The notes beneath the pieces are model-generated. The model was not told the DNA's origin, ran no database searches, and saw nothing but the letters and a program-made list of their open reading frames with translations. A DNA stretch of 42,651 nucleotides, taken from contig JAUCBJ010008053.1 of NCBI GenBank assembly GCA_032718475.1, positions 1 to 42,651 of the forward strand, in the 5' to 3' direction. This document shows positions 1 to 11,615 of this stretch, piece after piece (the stretch's first letter is position 1; each line of letters opens with the position of its first letter). Source of the stretch: Nemertoderma westbladi. Lineage: Eukaryota > Animalia > Xenacoelomorpha. Position numbers and translations under genes: made by a program.

Positions 1-194
1 AGGCAGAGTATTAGGAATGCAAAGTTCAGATCCTCGTGTCTCGGCTAAACCAAGCTCTGGGTAGACCTTGGAAACGACTTGCCTCTTCACACTGACATTG
101 CTTCGTGCGATATTGCTCTCATACCGTATATTAAATAATACATATAGTAGCGTGATGTCCCTCTAACAGTAGCGTATAACGCAAAATAAATCTG

Positions 195-520
195 TTAAAC
201 CCTTTGACCATCTGTAATTCTAGTCGATTAAGATATCGCGGCACCCACCGATATACTTGAAAGACAAATTCTAGAATCAGTGGTTAACGTCCCCAGACAA
301 GTTCTGGAATAAATCGGTGCCCATCTCAAATATTAATTATTTAATATTTGCAAATCTAATAAATCAAAATCTGTAAAATTCAGATCCTTCAACAATTCTA
401 GTCAATTAAGATATCGTAGCATTTACCGATATTCTTAAAAAGACAATTGTCATAGAATTAAGGATCTTGTGTCCCCAGACATGTTCTGGAATCCAAATAT
501 GTCCATTTAATTATCAAATA
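195..520 (+). repeat. Two-copy ~180-bp tandem duplication inside the LTR (U3-like enhancer repeat)
   Basis: AATTCTAGTC(G/A)ATTAAGATATCG...GTCCCCAGAC..GTTCTGGAAT occurs twice here and twice at ~33187-33450. Confidence 0.7.
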
Positions 521-1322
521 ATAAAATTTCAGGGAATCAATTTAAATTCATGCCTTTTAATGAATTTAATAAATTGCCATTTTTACGCAATTTATAACAT
601 TCCCAAAATTCCATTAATTAATAGATCAAGGGAGCGGAGATTTATTTTATCATGCGTATGAGTGTGGGAAAGTCTCCCAAACATGGTCAATAGCCGATAA
701 AATTCATAAAGTCATGTATAAAACAGAACATTGACTATTAAAGAATTACTATTAAATAACATCCCAGATCTGTATGCATTGGAATCACCCTAATTCTACC
801 GCTAGCTTTGCATAATGTCACCATAGCAACAACCACGCTAGAATTAGAATTGAGTTAAACGAACAATAGAAAGCTTGTCCCATTGAATAGCATAGGGAAT
901 AAATAGTGCACTGATAGTATCCAAGGATACATAATAATACAGTAACATTCTGGAAGGCATTGACTAACGGACAAGTGACCCGAGTGTGTGTAATTTGTGA
1001 CAAGTTGTGTGTGTGGTACTTGTGAGCTTATAGGCGAATGTTACTACTAAGGTGTGTTTACAGTAGCCAGTCGCAATCGTAAAGTAACCTAACTCTCCAA
1101 GGAAAACCTGAAGTACATCTAAGCCTTTGGGACGGACAGTGGAGTGACTTGTGCCGGTTGTCGTTGTCGTTGTGCGGCTACGTCGTTGGCGAAAGTACAG
1201 CGGCGACGACACATCGGCGCTGAGGATCTCGTACTGTCCGGGGGTTGATTGGGGTAGGCAGCGACGCCCGCTCGCCTAAATGTGGACTCATTATAATATG
1301 GATAAACTCATATATAGCAGAT

Positions 1323-2654
1323 ATGACGGAGTTGATAGAAGATGGTCTTGGTATCGGGGAGCGATATACTCTACTTTTACAAGCGTTTGTTGATAGCTTA
1401 ATACGCGGCGACGTTAGTCCAACTGCTGCGGAGGACGATGGTCGTTATATCGAACCGCCAATGTCCCAAGAGCAGCTCACGCGTGAGTTGGACTGTAGAA
1501 AATTCGCTGCTCGATATACGCAGCGTAATGGTACGTATATGGGCTTCTTAACTACTGGTCATCCTATCGATTTACACAATACGGACTATGTCGACTATAT
1601 ATCCTGCCCAGCGGAGTCGGAACCATAAACTGAAATTCGAATGCGAAAATTCTATTCGAAATCGACTCGAAAGAAAAGACACTAAAGAAACAAATGGACG
1701 CGGTAACTCCAACGTATATTTGGAATTCTTGATAGAAGCATTGTAACAACAAATAAATATCACCCGCGTTTCCCCTACCAGACGTGCGTCTTTGGTATTA
1801 TTACGATAAATGTCCTAGACCCAGCCAATAAACGGAAAGACATAAACATCCACGGAAACGTTGTGTTAAACACAGTTGTGCTCGTTATATTTACTGGAGT
1901 TCGAGCGAAACTTGTTTGACGTATCACCTATGCTCACTCGGCTCGAACGATCCTGGAGTAAACCTACGATCAGAGTCCCGGAATACTCGGTCAAATTTCC
2001 TCATTCCTTAGTTGGACCTCAGACCTGCGATCCTGATGGTGTCGCGGATCCTCGCGGACTGTATTCACTGTTCAAAGATCTAGTGCTACCCTAACAATTA
2101 ATCGGTAACACTCCGACAGTGATTTCTAGCTAGCCGCCCATCTTACCTAGCCGGATTGTGACGCGGACACCTAATATCACTATCCAACCGTATGGTTGTC
2201 CCCGTTTAACGCGATACAACCCCTCATCAAGGTGAAGGAGAGCGTTGTACGAAACGAGTTAAACGCTATTCTATAAAGATCAAAAAAGAAACCTGCGTTT
2301 GTTCAGATAAACGTAAGTTATAACAGTAAGTCCAATCGATAAACGAATTGGCTTTATCTCAATTCGATTGGGAAATCCAGAATCTCTAAGAAGTTATCGA
2401 ACTTGGACGATCCTATTCTCTGCGAGAGTTTGTGGATGAACGTATCCAGCTACGAGCGGAGGAAAATCAGCTCGAGGAGAAGCATATCGAAACGGCAGAT
2501 ACCTCGACCACAATCCTACACCTTCTGATGCAATCATATTGCACCCTTCACCCAGGAGTTATGGCCCTCCTAGTAAAGTGGCTCCCCCAAAGAGAAAAAG
2601 ACTCTTGCTAGCCTCAAAAAACTGCGTAAACGCCGTCTGCGTAAGAAAGACTAA
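1323..2654 (+). pseudogene. Degenerate coding-like segment inside LTR A; product unknown
   Basis: MTELIED...PPMSQEQLTRELD through a basic LKKLRKRR.RKKD end is shared with the C LTR copy. Changes in the first part are mostly synonymous, but frameshifts and stops follow. Confidence 0.4.
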
Positions 2655-3019
2655 CTGTTCAGAGTATCTTTATGTTTTAGAAACTGTGATTTTTATATTT
2701 TATAGACTGAAAATCCCATTTTCTGGGAGCGGTGTAAAAGCTTTTGCTGAATTGTCCGGTTATTTTTCCTTATTTTTCCCGTAAAGTACTCTGTAGTTGG
2801 TTTACCAGGCATAAAAAGGCCGTGTCCTTGCTGTACTGGTGTTTTAGCGGACATAAAAGCTATTTCTTCTGTATTTGTACTTTAGAGGACATAATCCGTA
2901 ATTCCGTGACGTAAAAGCTCGATACTCTTGAAAACAGTGTCGCTACCATGACGACAGCTAGCAGCTGATATTGCCACGTCGACGTTTCTTTGTTTCTCTG
3001 TTCTCTCGTTGTTCAGGTT

Positions 3020-3085
3020 GACCAATCAGAGCGTTTGTTGTCTTTGTGTTGGAGGTATATACAGAAACTCAGTAGTTCAGTGTTA
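3020..3085 (+). promoter_or_regulatory. Putative LTR Pol II promoter (CCAAT, TATA-like, TCAGT initiator)
   Basis: ACCAATCAGA at ~3021, TATATA at ~3056, TCAGT at ~3069 and ~3077. The equivalent CCAAT and Inr motifs are in the C LTR. Confidence 0.45.
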
Positions 3086-3939
3086 TGTTTTTGCCCAGAG
3101 CCTAAGAACCGGCTTTTGGTGTTTTCAGTTTTTAGTCTTACACTAGGAGGTTTAATTATAAGGACATATATCCTTTAACTACCTGACTCATGGAATCACT
3201 GCTAACTGATCATACATACTGACTGCTGAAACATTGCAAACTCATAACAATCAGTGTTCAGTTGTTGTTTTATACTGCTATTTACTGTCAGTTCTTCATA
3301 ATATGGTTGATGAATTATTATATTTGGAATAACGATAAATAACCCCGAAACCCAATATTCTTGATATACCGAAGGTAAGAGAGAAGGGTTACAGATAAAC
3401 GATTGTGACTTATGTTAAAGTGGTTTGAAGTGAATCTAATGTTATTTGATAGACCCTACATGAGTCAGTCTGTGTTCCTTTTATATGTGACTAAAATCAG
3501 TGAAGATTGGCAGATTAGTGTGCAGTATTGTGCAGCATTGTGTATGAGTGAGTCTGTTAAAGAAGCAATTCCTAAAGAATGCGCCATATATGTGAATTAT
3601 AATTAAGCCATATCGTTGTGAGTAGTTTAAGTCATAACTCTGTTTATATAGATAAAGCGCCACGTCCTAAAGGAACTGTTAATATTTCCCGAAGGTGAAT
3701 AATATTGTCAGAGATTATATAATACTGTCAGTCGAATAATACATTAGGCTTACATAGCAATAAAATTAAACCGTCGAACCCAATCTCCCGGGAATATCCA
3801 GCGGGTGAATGATCGCGCACAGATTGGTTTCGACTAGTGTAGTGAATCAAATACTTGTCATAGACTAAAAACCGATTTAATATCTAGAAGACATCTTAAT
3901 TTGGTGGGTTAAACTGCCAAAGGTCTGAAAGCGCGAACA

Positions 3940-4569
3940 ACTGGCCAACGTCTCCTTGCCCTTCTAACGGTTGCCATGGTGACCATTTTATCCATAACAT
4001 CGACTCCGCCCTTGAGATGGTTGTAATCTAATATTATCCGCAGCTGATTCAATGAGGTTTTGCCGAACATGCCTGGGTAGACCTCTGGAAGTTCGGACAA
4101 TATTAATGTTCCGGACTTTTCCTGGTGTATGAGGAGTTTTTGACCACGTAATTTTCCCGTCTTTGGAAACATAATTTGAGTTCTTCTTCTTTGGATTAGC
4201 CTCAGTTGGAGCAGCAACTTCACTACTATCTGTATCACTAGTCAGAGTCATGACTTCTTCGTCGTCTTCGCTGCAAACTTCCTCGTCTTCGCTACAAACT
4301 TCCTCGTCTTCGCTGCAAACTTCCTCGTCTTCGCTGCAAACTTCCTCGTCTTCGCTGCAAACTTCTTCGGTAGAGATATCAGACCCGTTATCACTAGCCT
4401 CTACATCATCTTCACATTGATCAGGAATGACTCCCTCCAAAAATCGAGGATCATAGAACAAATCGAACCGTTTCATCCGATCTCTGCGGGGATAAGTTTT
4501 CCTTTCTCCACCATTACGTGATGGTGGGGTACCGCTTGTACCAGTGGTACTGGTACAGGAACTCATCAT
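3940..4569 (-). pseudogene. piggyBac (PGBD-like) transposase remnant lacking most of the catalytic core
   Basis: Acidic N-terminus with 21-bp EEVCSED repeats and KDGKITW, joined by a frame change to DYNHLKGGVDVMD...RRWP, the C-terminal catalytic region of piggyBac transposases. Confidence 0.8.
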
Positions 4570-5112
4570 TTCCAGATTTCTGTATTACAGTACTGTGTTG
4601 TACACAATGTTCAACAGTAGGCCTACTGCGTAGAGTATTTATACAGTAGGTTTATTTATAGGAATACGTAGTGAAATGAAACTAAAACGATGATCTAAAA
4701 TTTACTATGCACTTGAGAGTTAGAGAGACATATCCTTACATTACAGGTAATTGCCAAGAGAGCGTAGCCTTATGCTCGCTCCCGGTGTTTCAATGTCACA
4801 TTCCCTGGTCTCTTTTACTTATCATGAATGTAAACTGAAATTAAATTCCACTTAGGTGTTTCTTTTCGAGATTAAATGCATAAAAAACCATTGGGGTCGT
4901 ATTGACCCCAATGGTCATTGGCGTGGCCAAGGTAATTAAATTCAAATTAAAAGCGTAAATTAAATTTTTGGTGTGCGAAGTTATATGGGTCGTGTAGAGC
5001 ACACAAAAATTGAGGAATTCATGGAATTTCAGCTCCTGAACATTAATTAGACTGAAATGACAACACTTTCAATGTGTCCTTGGGGTCTCAAGACCCCATG
5101 GGAGTCCTTGGG
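3940..5112 (-). mobile_element. piggyBac DNA transposon, 5' portion, internally deleted and interrupted by LTR A
   Basis: The minus-strand end reads TTAA|CCCAAGGACTCCC (TTAA at 5113-5116). Subterminal palindromes TGGGGTC..GACCCCA lie at ~5081 and ~4892, and transposase motifs are present. Confidence 0.85.
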
Positions 5113-5116
5113 TTAA

Positions 5117-5392
5117 CTGCAACTCCACTACGAAGATTTCCTTATCAGCCGTACGCCCTTCTGCTTGTGCTTGTATATCATGCTTGGCTTCTATTCCTTC
5201 TAGAACTGCCATTGATTCAGGGCTAGAGGGGGCTAAACCCTTTAACCTCCTACGCAGATTTGCCTCTCCTACTATGACTATATAGGGCTGTAGGTAACGT
5301 GATATCGCATCCATGTCCTCACCTTCTCCAGAATCATCTGAGTCTGTGTGCAGATTGCTTGGTGTTATGGTACCGGAACAGGCTATGTCCAC
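5117..5392 (-). pseudogene. BEL/Pao gag N-terminal fragment (element F), related to element C gag
   Basis: DAISRYLQPYIVIVGEANLRRRLKGLAPSS aligns with DAIDIYLSDYQRFVGDEELRRRLEGLSPNS in ORF 9864-11615. It is cut at the piggyBac TTAA. Confidence 0.75.
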
Positions 5393-7127
5393 ACCCGGGC
5401 ATCAATGTTTATTGTTTATTTAAAAAAAGTTTGTAAATTACATCGTTTGCCAGTTGGGCCTAGTTTATTTAATACTGGGTTAATTTTTCGTTTGAGTTTT
5501 TATATTGTATTTCTTTGTATTTCTGCAGCCGTTGGCGGTGGTGGTGGTGCGGCTGCACCGGCAGCTTCTGCGTCCAACACCATGATTAATTTTGTGATGC
5601 CGGGAGTTGGGGGTGGAAAGCAACCTCAACAATCGTACCATGAGAAGGATTCTGGATGTTAAAATACGTTACAAATTCAAGTACCGGTACACTCTGGGGC
5701 GACGAAGTAAGCGGACTTAGCATACGGGTCCCGATGGTTTAACCTTTATCATTTATTTGTCAGTCCATAACTGTCGGGTCGGTCAGTCTAACCTATCTGT
5801 CAACAAATGTTTGTAGGCTAATAACTCAAGTCAATCTTAGATAAAATTAAACCAAACTAGGTAGGCCTATACAATATGTAGTCTATCGAAAGTCTGAAAT
5901 ATAAATTGCGTGGGAGGACTCAGCAGTTCTCCAGTCACCCGCTTGAGGGCCACTAGTTAACGGTTGAAATAGTGGAACCCTGTATGATAAGGCTCCCACG
6001 AAGGTGTACTGTACATCACAGGCTATTGTTATTTTAATATTATTGCTGAAAACATTGTATACTGTTCTTCAGGTGCTTTATTAGTACTAGTTGGTGCTCG
6101 CAATTACCAATATTATTAATACAACGAAATATCACTGAATATCACTGATGGTCGGTCAACCGCCAAAAGATCCAATAGGAGTCTAGAAATTCACGAATTC
6201 ACAAATTCTAGAAATGGCAGGCTACCAACCGACATTCAATAACCCCCCCCCCCCCCCCCCCCCCCCCCTCCCCCAACATGCCATACCGTTCCCTTACGTG
6301 CAAATACGTTCCCTTAAGTGCAAATGAATAAACACATCAGAAAATTATAAAAACATAATTGAATTAGGACGGATGATAGAGGCTCGACACGTGTTTGTCC
6401 TGGAAAATTTTTGACCAAATGGAGCCTTTCAAATATGTGTGGACCTTGTCCATTAGTTCAAGTGCGCTCTTTGTGGACAGTGCTACTAGTCTCTTTGTAT
6501 TATTAGTATTAGTGTACCCAGAGAAAGCCGCCCCAATATTACATTATTACAACAACATTTCCATTGGGTAAGAAAGTGGAGGAGAGCCAGGCCCGACTCT
6601 CAATTTTTTACTTTATATTATGCGATCAATTTTCACTCATCGCGTCATGTACCCAGCATGTATGTAACCTTTTGTTAAATTTGTTGGCTATGCGTTTGCG
6701 GCTGTTTGGGCGGGGTGTGGTAGGCCTACACTTTTCACACTGAAACATTTTGGTTGTGAAATGTTACAGGGCACAGCGATCAGAGATATTTCATATATAT
6801 TTTATTATGAGAGGAAGAAGAACATACAACGTTATTTACTATATATGTATCGAAATAATTGTTTTCGGGTTTAACTTGGAAGCCTCCCCAAATAGTTGAT
6901 ATACAATTATATATAAATTATTTCCATGGTCTTGGCAGCATGGTCATTCACCCGTCTTTAGTTAGAAATTTGTTTGCATGAAAGACAGTTTAGTTTAGTT
7001 TTTACTGATTTATTATCTCTTATCTGACTGGGGTAATAATAAAGGATAGGATAAATGGAAGCAAAGTGTGGCAGTGACAAATATTTCCCCGTCACCCTAG
7101 CATCTCTTAAGTATATGATATCTCAAA

Positions 7128-7176
7128 GGGGGAAGTTTGGATTCACTGCATAAATGCAGTTCACCAAACTTCCCCC
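7128..7176. repeat. Inverted repeat / hairpin, possible MITE relic
   Basis: GGGGGAAGTTTGG...ACTGCA TAAA TGCAGT...CCAAACTTCCCCC. Confidence 0.5.
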
Positions 7177-7520
7177 GAATGCACACTGTAACTTCCCACT
7201 TCCCCCAAATATCCACTGTTGAATTAATTTGAAGCGATATAATAGTACAAAATTGTGTGAGTTTTTAATTGTGTGGTCCATTTGTTATTTGATCTCTATT
7301 TATTGTTTAAAGTGCATTTAATATCACACTGGTTTTTAGAATATTATACTATACAGCCTTATGTTTTATTAATTTATCCAATCGAAGCTTCATAAGGGCC
7401 GGTTATTTGTACGCATATCCCTAATGCGCTCAGTAAGGTCCAAACAACATATTAATATGAAAATAAATTATCTGCAAAGAAAAGAACCCAATAATACACC
7501 ATTTGACCTTATTAAATTTA

Positions 7521-8072
7521 ACCGGTTACATATAACGATTGCGACTTACATTAAAGTGGTTTTGAAGTGAATCTAATGCTATTTCATAGGCACTACATGT
7601 ATTGGTTGTTGTTCTCTTTATATGTGACTAAAATTAGTGAAGGTCGGCAGATCGGTGTGCAGCATTGTGCAGTATTGTGTATGATTGTGACTGATAACAA
7701 AGCATCTCCTAAAGAATGCGCTATATACGTGAATCCATAGCCATCCCGTTGTGTCTAGTTTAAGTCATAACTCTGTTTACATATTTAGAGCGCCACGTCC
7801 TAAAGGAACTGTTAATATTTCCCGAAAGTGAATAATATTTGTCAGAGATTATATATTACGATCAGTCGAATAATACAGTAGGCCTACACCGCAATAAGGT
7901 TAGGCTTCCAAATCCAGTCTCCCGGGTATATCCAGCGGGTGAATGGTCGCGCATAGACTGGCTTCGGCTAATGTAGTGTATCAAATACTCGTCATAGGCT
8001 AAAGTCGATTTATTATCTAGAAGACATCCAAATTTGGCAGGTTAAACTGCTAAAGGTCTGAAAGCGCGAACA
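7521..8072 (+). repeat. 5' LTR of C, truncated to its last 552 bp
   Basis: Matches 36383-36934 with about 4 substitutions by eye and ends ...GCGAACA. Confidence 0.9.
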
Positions 8073-8093
8073 ATAACAGATATTGCTTCTGTA
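8073..8093 (+). promoter_or_regulatory. Non-tRNA primer-binding position of C, complementary to its own LTR
   Basis: No TGG. ATAACAGATAT is the exact reverse complement of LTR 36208-36218, and 18 of 21 nt pair with 36198-36218 (one G-U). Confidence 0.65.
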
Positions 8094-8351
8094 TTGCGGT
8101 AGGCAATAAAGCTGAAGTACCGGTCAACCGGTACCTAGTAGGCCTGACTACCTAACTACCTGGACTGGTACTTATAGCAGTACAGGTATAGCAGTATTAT
8201 TCGATTTTGATAATTGTATACCGGTAGGCCTTAATATTTAATCAGGGACGGCCACCCTGGTTTTTTATTGAGATTTTACTTATTTCTGTCAGGTTTTATT
8301 TATTTGTAGGTTAATATTGAGCAGAAGACGTGTAAGCCTGCTCAGATTGTA

Positions 8352-8735
8352 CAGATAATTTGTAGGCTGGACTGTTGTCTGACTGTCGTTAAGTCTGAAG
8401 GGACTGTAGTGTGTGTAGAGCGTATGTCCGAAAAGTACTAGTTAGGAAAGTAGGGGCTTCCAGTGCTGTGAGGTAAACCCCCTCGAAAGAATAAGTCGTA
8501 CTACTCGGTTAGAACGCATACTAACTAACCATTTCGGAGTCTGCATATACTGTAGTTTATTTAGGCTTGATAGTGGTCTGCCAGCGTTTGGTTTGTACTT
8601 TGTTTGTGTAGTCTGTACGGGTAGCGTAATATTTCTTATTTAGATAATTTGTAGGCTGGATTGTTGTCTGGCTGTTGTTGGGTCTGAAGAGATTGCGGTG
8701 TGTGTGGAGTGTATGTCCGATAAAGTGCCAGTTAG
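8352..8735 (+). repeat. Two ~90-bp direct repeats in the C leader
   Basis: AGATAATTTGTAGGCTGGA.TGTTGTCTG...GTATGTCCGA at ~8353 and ~8642. Confidence 0.7.
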
Positions 8736-9474
8736 CGTAATATTTATTATTCAGAGTTTATGCGATTATTCGCAACATTCATATCCCCAAGTCTGTTCAA
8801 GTATTTTAACTACTGATTATTGGTTGTATAAGTACTTGTACCTAATTTAGGGTTTAGTGTACAGTGCTTTCCGAAGGTAATTAGTGTGTAGGCAGTATAT
8901 TTGTGTTGTAAAGTGGTTAATTGGCACATTGGTTCTGTTAGACCGCGGTAATTAACTTCTAGGTAGGAACACTCCGTGATACATAACGTAGTACTTATAG
9001 CGATACGGCTATAAGTCGTCAGACGGTGGTATTTTTTCTATCTGGACAACGCAATATATTACTACTGCTTGTTATTTTCAAATTCGTAAAAAATTTGTAC
9101 GTGTAATTTTTGTGTTTATTTAGAGATTGTAATCTCACCCCGAATTGTATGTAATTTGTAGTATTAAATAACTTAGGTAAATTAGAATTATTTGTTTTAG
9201 TGTCCAACAAGTAGCACTTCACTGAGAGCTTACAGCTTCTGTGCAGTGACTCCTTCCCAGAAATAATAACATTTATTTCAAATATTGATAAATCCCATTA
9301 AAACGGGTATATATATTATAAATCAACTCAAACCGATTTATAAAATAGTAGGCCTGCCATACAACAATTAGGTCTCAATATCAGTTGGACTACTGCTTAA
9401 ATAACGGTAATAAAGTAAGTTAAAGTAACCAAGTAACCCCTAAAATTCAGAAATTCAATTATTCTAAAATAATT

Positions 9475-9745
9475 GATATACCGGTATTTACAATAGGCTT
9501 ATTATATTTATTTCTATAAATTTAGGCTGAAATTATACCGGTATTCTGTAATTAATTCTAGTCCATAATTATACTTATATATACTATAAGTGTAAGCTGT
9601 ATACCGGTATTCACGATAGGCCTATTATATATTTATATATATTTGTGCTGAAATTACATACCGGTATTCTGTGACAAATCTAGTCTGTAATAATACTTAT
9701 ATATATATACTATAAGCATACCGGTATTCTAATATATTATATATA
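9475..9745 (+). repeat. AT-rich degenerate repeats with an ATACCGGTATT core in the C leader
   Basis: ATACCGGTATT recurs at ~9478, 9535, 9601, 9658 and 9718. Confidence 0.65.
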
Positions 9746-9863
9746 TATAACGCTACACTGAGTAGCAGTATCGGTAATTAATTACTAGGCTAACAGTGAT
9801 ACTGAATTACTAGACTTGCTTAAACTGTAACATAGCAGTAGGCATTCAACTGTACAAACAAAC

Positions 9864-11615
9864 ATGTCTGACACAAAGCAAAACCTGTCAGACAGTCTCC
9901 TAGATACAACCATCTGTGACCCAGACAGGAGTGTGGAACGTGTGAGACCGAAGTTCAATTCACCTCCTACTGTAAGAAAGATCATCCCTCCAGTAGTAGT
10001 ATCAGACCCTAGGCTAGTCCAACACCGTAGGTCTATCATAGGAACTCGAGCTCAGGTCAAGCGGGACCAAGAAGCAGTGGAACAGCAGCAACACTCGAGC
10101 CGAGAACTTATTTCTCAGCGGCCCGACAGCTCCAGTAGTGCGGATACCGTAGAGCTGACACCCGAGCGCGGAGCTAAGATGGCAGATGCGGTTTATTCGG
10201 ATCCCCTTCTCATCCTTCCTGCAGCCGTACTCACTAGGGTATTGATTGCGGTGGAGGAACACCAGATTGATTGGGCGAGAAGTAAGCTAGCGACCAAGGA
10301 TAGTTATGCGGGATATACAAGGGAAGAACTGAAGTCTATTGTCGAGTCGCAATGGAACTTCCCCGGACCCGGACTCCCGTTTGACTTATTGGAAGCTGCC
10401 TGGGAAGACATACACAGGATGGGAGTGACAAAAGAAACCAGCGATTCAGCTGTATGGAAGAGGTCAGCAGCCGGATACGTGCAGGGATTCTTCAGCTCTA
10501 TGGAGCGATTGGAGGAACAATTGTTTCGACAACCACAAGGACCTCAAGAGCAGGGAGAGCTGCTTTATCAAGTTAGAGAAAGAATTCTAAGAATCAGACT
10601 AATCTTATCTGCCTTTGAGGAGGCTTCGAAAAGAAGACAACACACGTCGTTGCAAGTTTCCGTAAAGACTTGGTTACAGCGGGTGAGTCTCCAAGTTCAA
10701 AGAACTGCCCCGTGGAAATCTCAGTTGAATGAGCGCTCAACCCATGGAGAATCAACAGACGCTACCTTTTCCCAAGTGGAAAGTGAAGCGACAGCAGAGA
10801 AACCGCATAAGAGGGATGCTATTGACATCTATCTGTCAGACTATCAACGCTTTGTAGGTGATGAAGAGTTGAGGAGAAGGCTGGAAGGACTTAGCCCTAA
10901 TAGTGAAGGAGCCAAGCTTGTGTTGGACGCAATCGACGCGGATATGAGAGCTGCGAACCAAGCTAAATTTGATGAACGCCTCCGCATCGCTAGAGTCCAA
11001 GAAGAACAAGTAAAGAAAAAACGTATAGAAGACAGAAAGACAGCGGCAGTGGCAGCAGCAGTGGCAGCGGCAGAAGCGGAAAGAAAAGCGGCAGCGGCAG
11101 CGGCAGCGGCAGCAGCAGAGGCAGAAGCGGAAAGAAAAGCGGCAGCGGCCGAAGCGGAAAGAAAGGTGGCAGTGGCAGCGGCCGAAGCGGAAAGAAAGGC
11201 GGCAGTGGCAGCGGCAGAGGCAGTGGCAGAAGCAGAATGGAGAGCGTCTGAAGAAACCACCCAACTAGAATTGGAAAACATTCAGGAGAATCAAGACTGC
11301 ATAAATAAACAGTTAACAGCTAGTCAAATGCAGATAATGAGTCGATCAACTCCCAAAAGACAGGGATATACATCATCTGAGGAAGGAGATACCCCCGATC
11401 CTGAAGGCAGAGGAAATAGATCTCGTCTAAGCAGACGTAGAAGAATGTCCCACCATCAGAAATTGCCTGATTTGCCCCCAGCTGTTAGAAGGCAACTAAC
11501 TAACACAAACTTAGGTAGTACAGAACCCACAGACCAAATAATTAACATAGAAAGACTCCCTACTATAGTAGATAAGTTCTGTTCTGTTCTGTTCTCGAAG
11601 CCACCCCTTCAGTGA
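9864..11615 (+). CDS. gag: Element C Gag, N-terminal part, with Ala-rich coiled-coil repeats
   Basis: 583-aa ORF after the leader, with AAAEAERK repeats and homology to fragment F. It continues in another frame at 11612. Confidence 0.7.
   Translation: MSDTKQNLSDSLLDTTICDPDRSVERVRPKFNSPPTVRKIIPPVVVSDPRLVQHRRSIIGTRAQVKRDQEAVEQQQHSSRELISQRPDSSSSADTVELTPERGAKMADAVYSDPLLILPAAVLTRVLIAVEEHQIDWARSKLATKDSYAGYTREELKSIVESQWNFPGPGLPFDLLEAAWEDIHRMGVTKETSDSAVWKRSAAGYVQGFFSSMERLEEQLFRQPQGPQEQGELLYQVRERILRIRLILSAFEEASKRRQHTSLQVSVKTWLQRVSLQVQRTAPWKSQLNERSTHGESTDATFSQVESEATAEKPHKRDAIDIYLSDYQRFVGDEELRRRLEGLSPNSEGAKLVLDAIDADMRAANQAKFDERLRIARVQEEQVKKKRIEDRKTAAVAAAVAAAEAERKAAAAAAAAAAEAEAERKAAAAEAERKVAVAAAEAERKAAVAAAEAVAEAEWRASEETTQLELENIQENQDCINKQLTASQMQIMSRSTPKRQGYTSSEEGDTPDPEGRGNRSRLSRRRRMSHHQKLPDLPPAVRRQLTNTNLGSTEPTDQIINIERLPTIVDKFCSVLFSKPPLQ

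Larger units (their letters stand above)
1..3939 (+). mobile_element. LTR copy A, a diverged relative of the ~4.3-kb element C LTR; its 5' end lies outside the window
   Basis: Collinear with 32975-36934. Ends in GCGCGAACA like the copies ending at 8072 and 36934. The piggyBac reading frame begins immediately after 3939. Confidence 0.85.

Noticed and set aside
818-1212. Minus-strand Thr-rich and hydrophobic ORFs as an env remnant in LTR A
   Set aside because: They are short, and the corresponding frames are not open in the C copy.
3941-3952. TGG shortly after LTR A as a tRNA PBS
   Set aside because: It is the antisense of the piggyBac RRWP codons, i.e. target DNA rather than element leader.
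5400-7520. Host gene or exon in the unassigned interval
   Set aside because: No convincing ORF or domain; probably leader of element F plus degraded repeats and a poly-C tract.
10836-11281. Antisense Ala/Cys-Arg-rich ORFs
   Set aside because: They are shadows of the GCA/GCG repeat in C gag.
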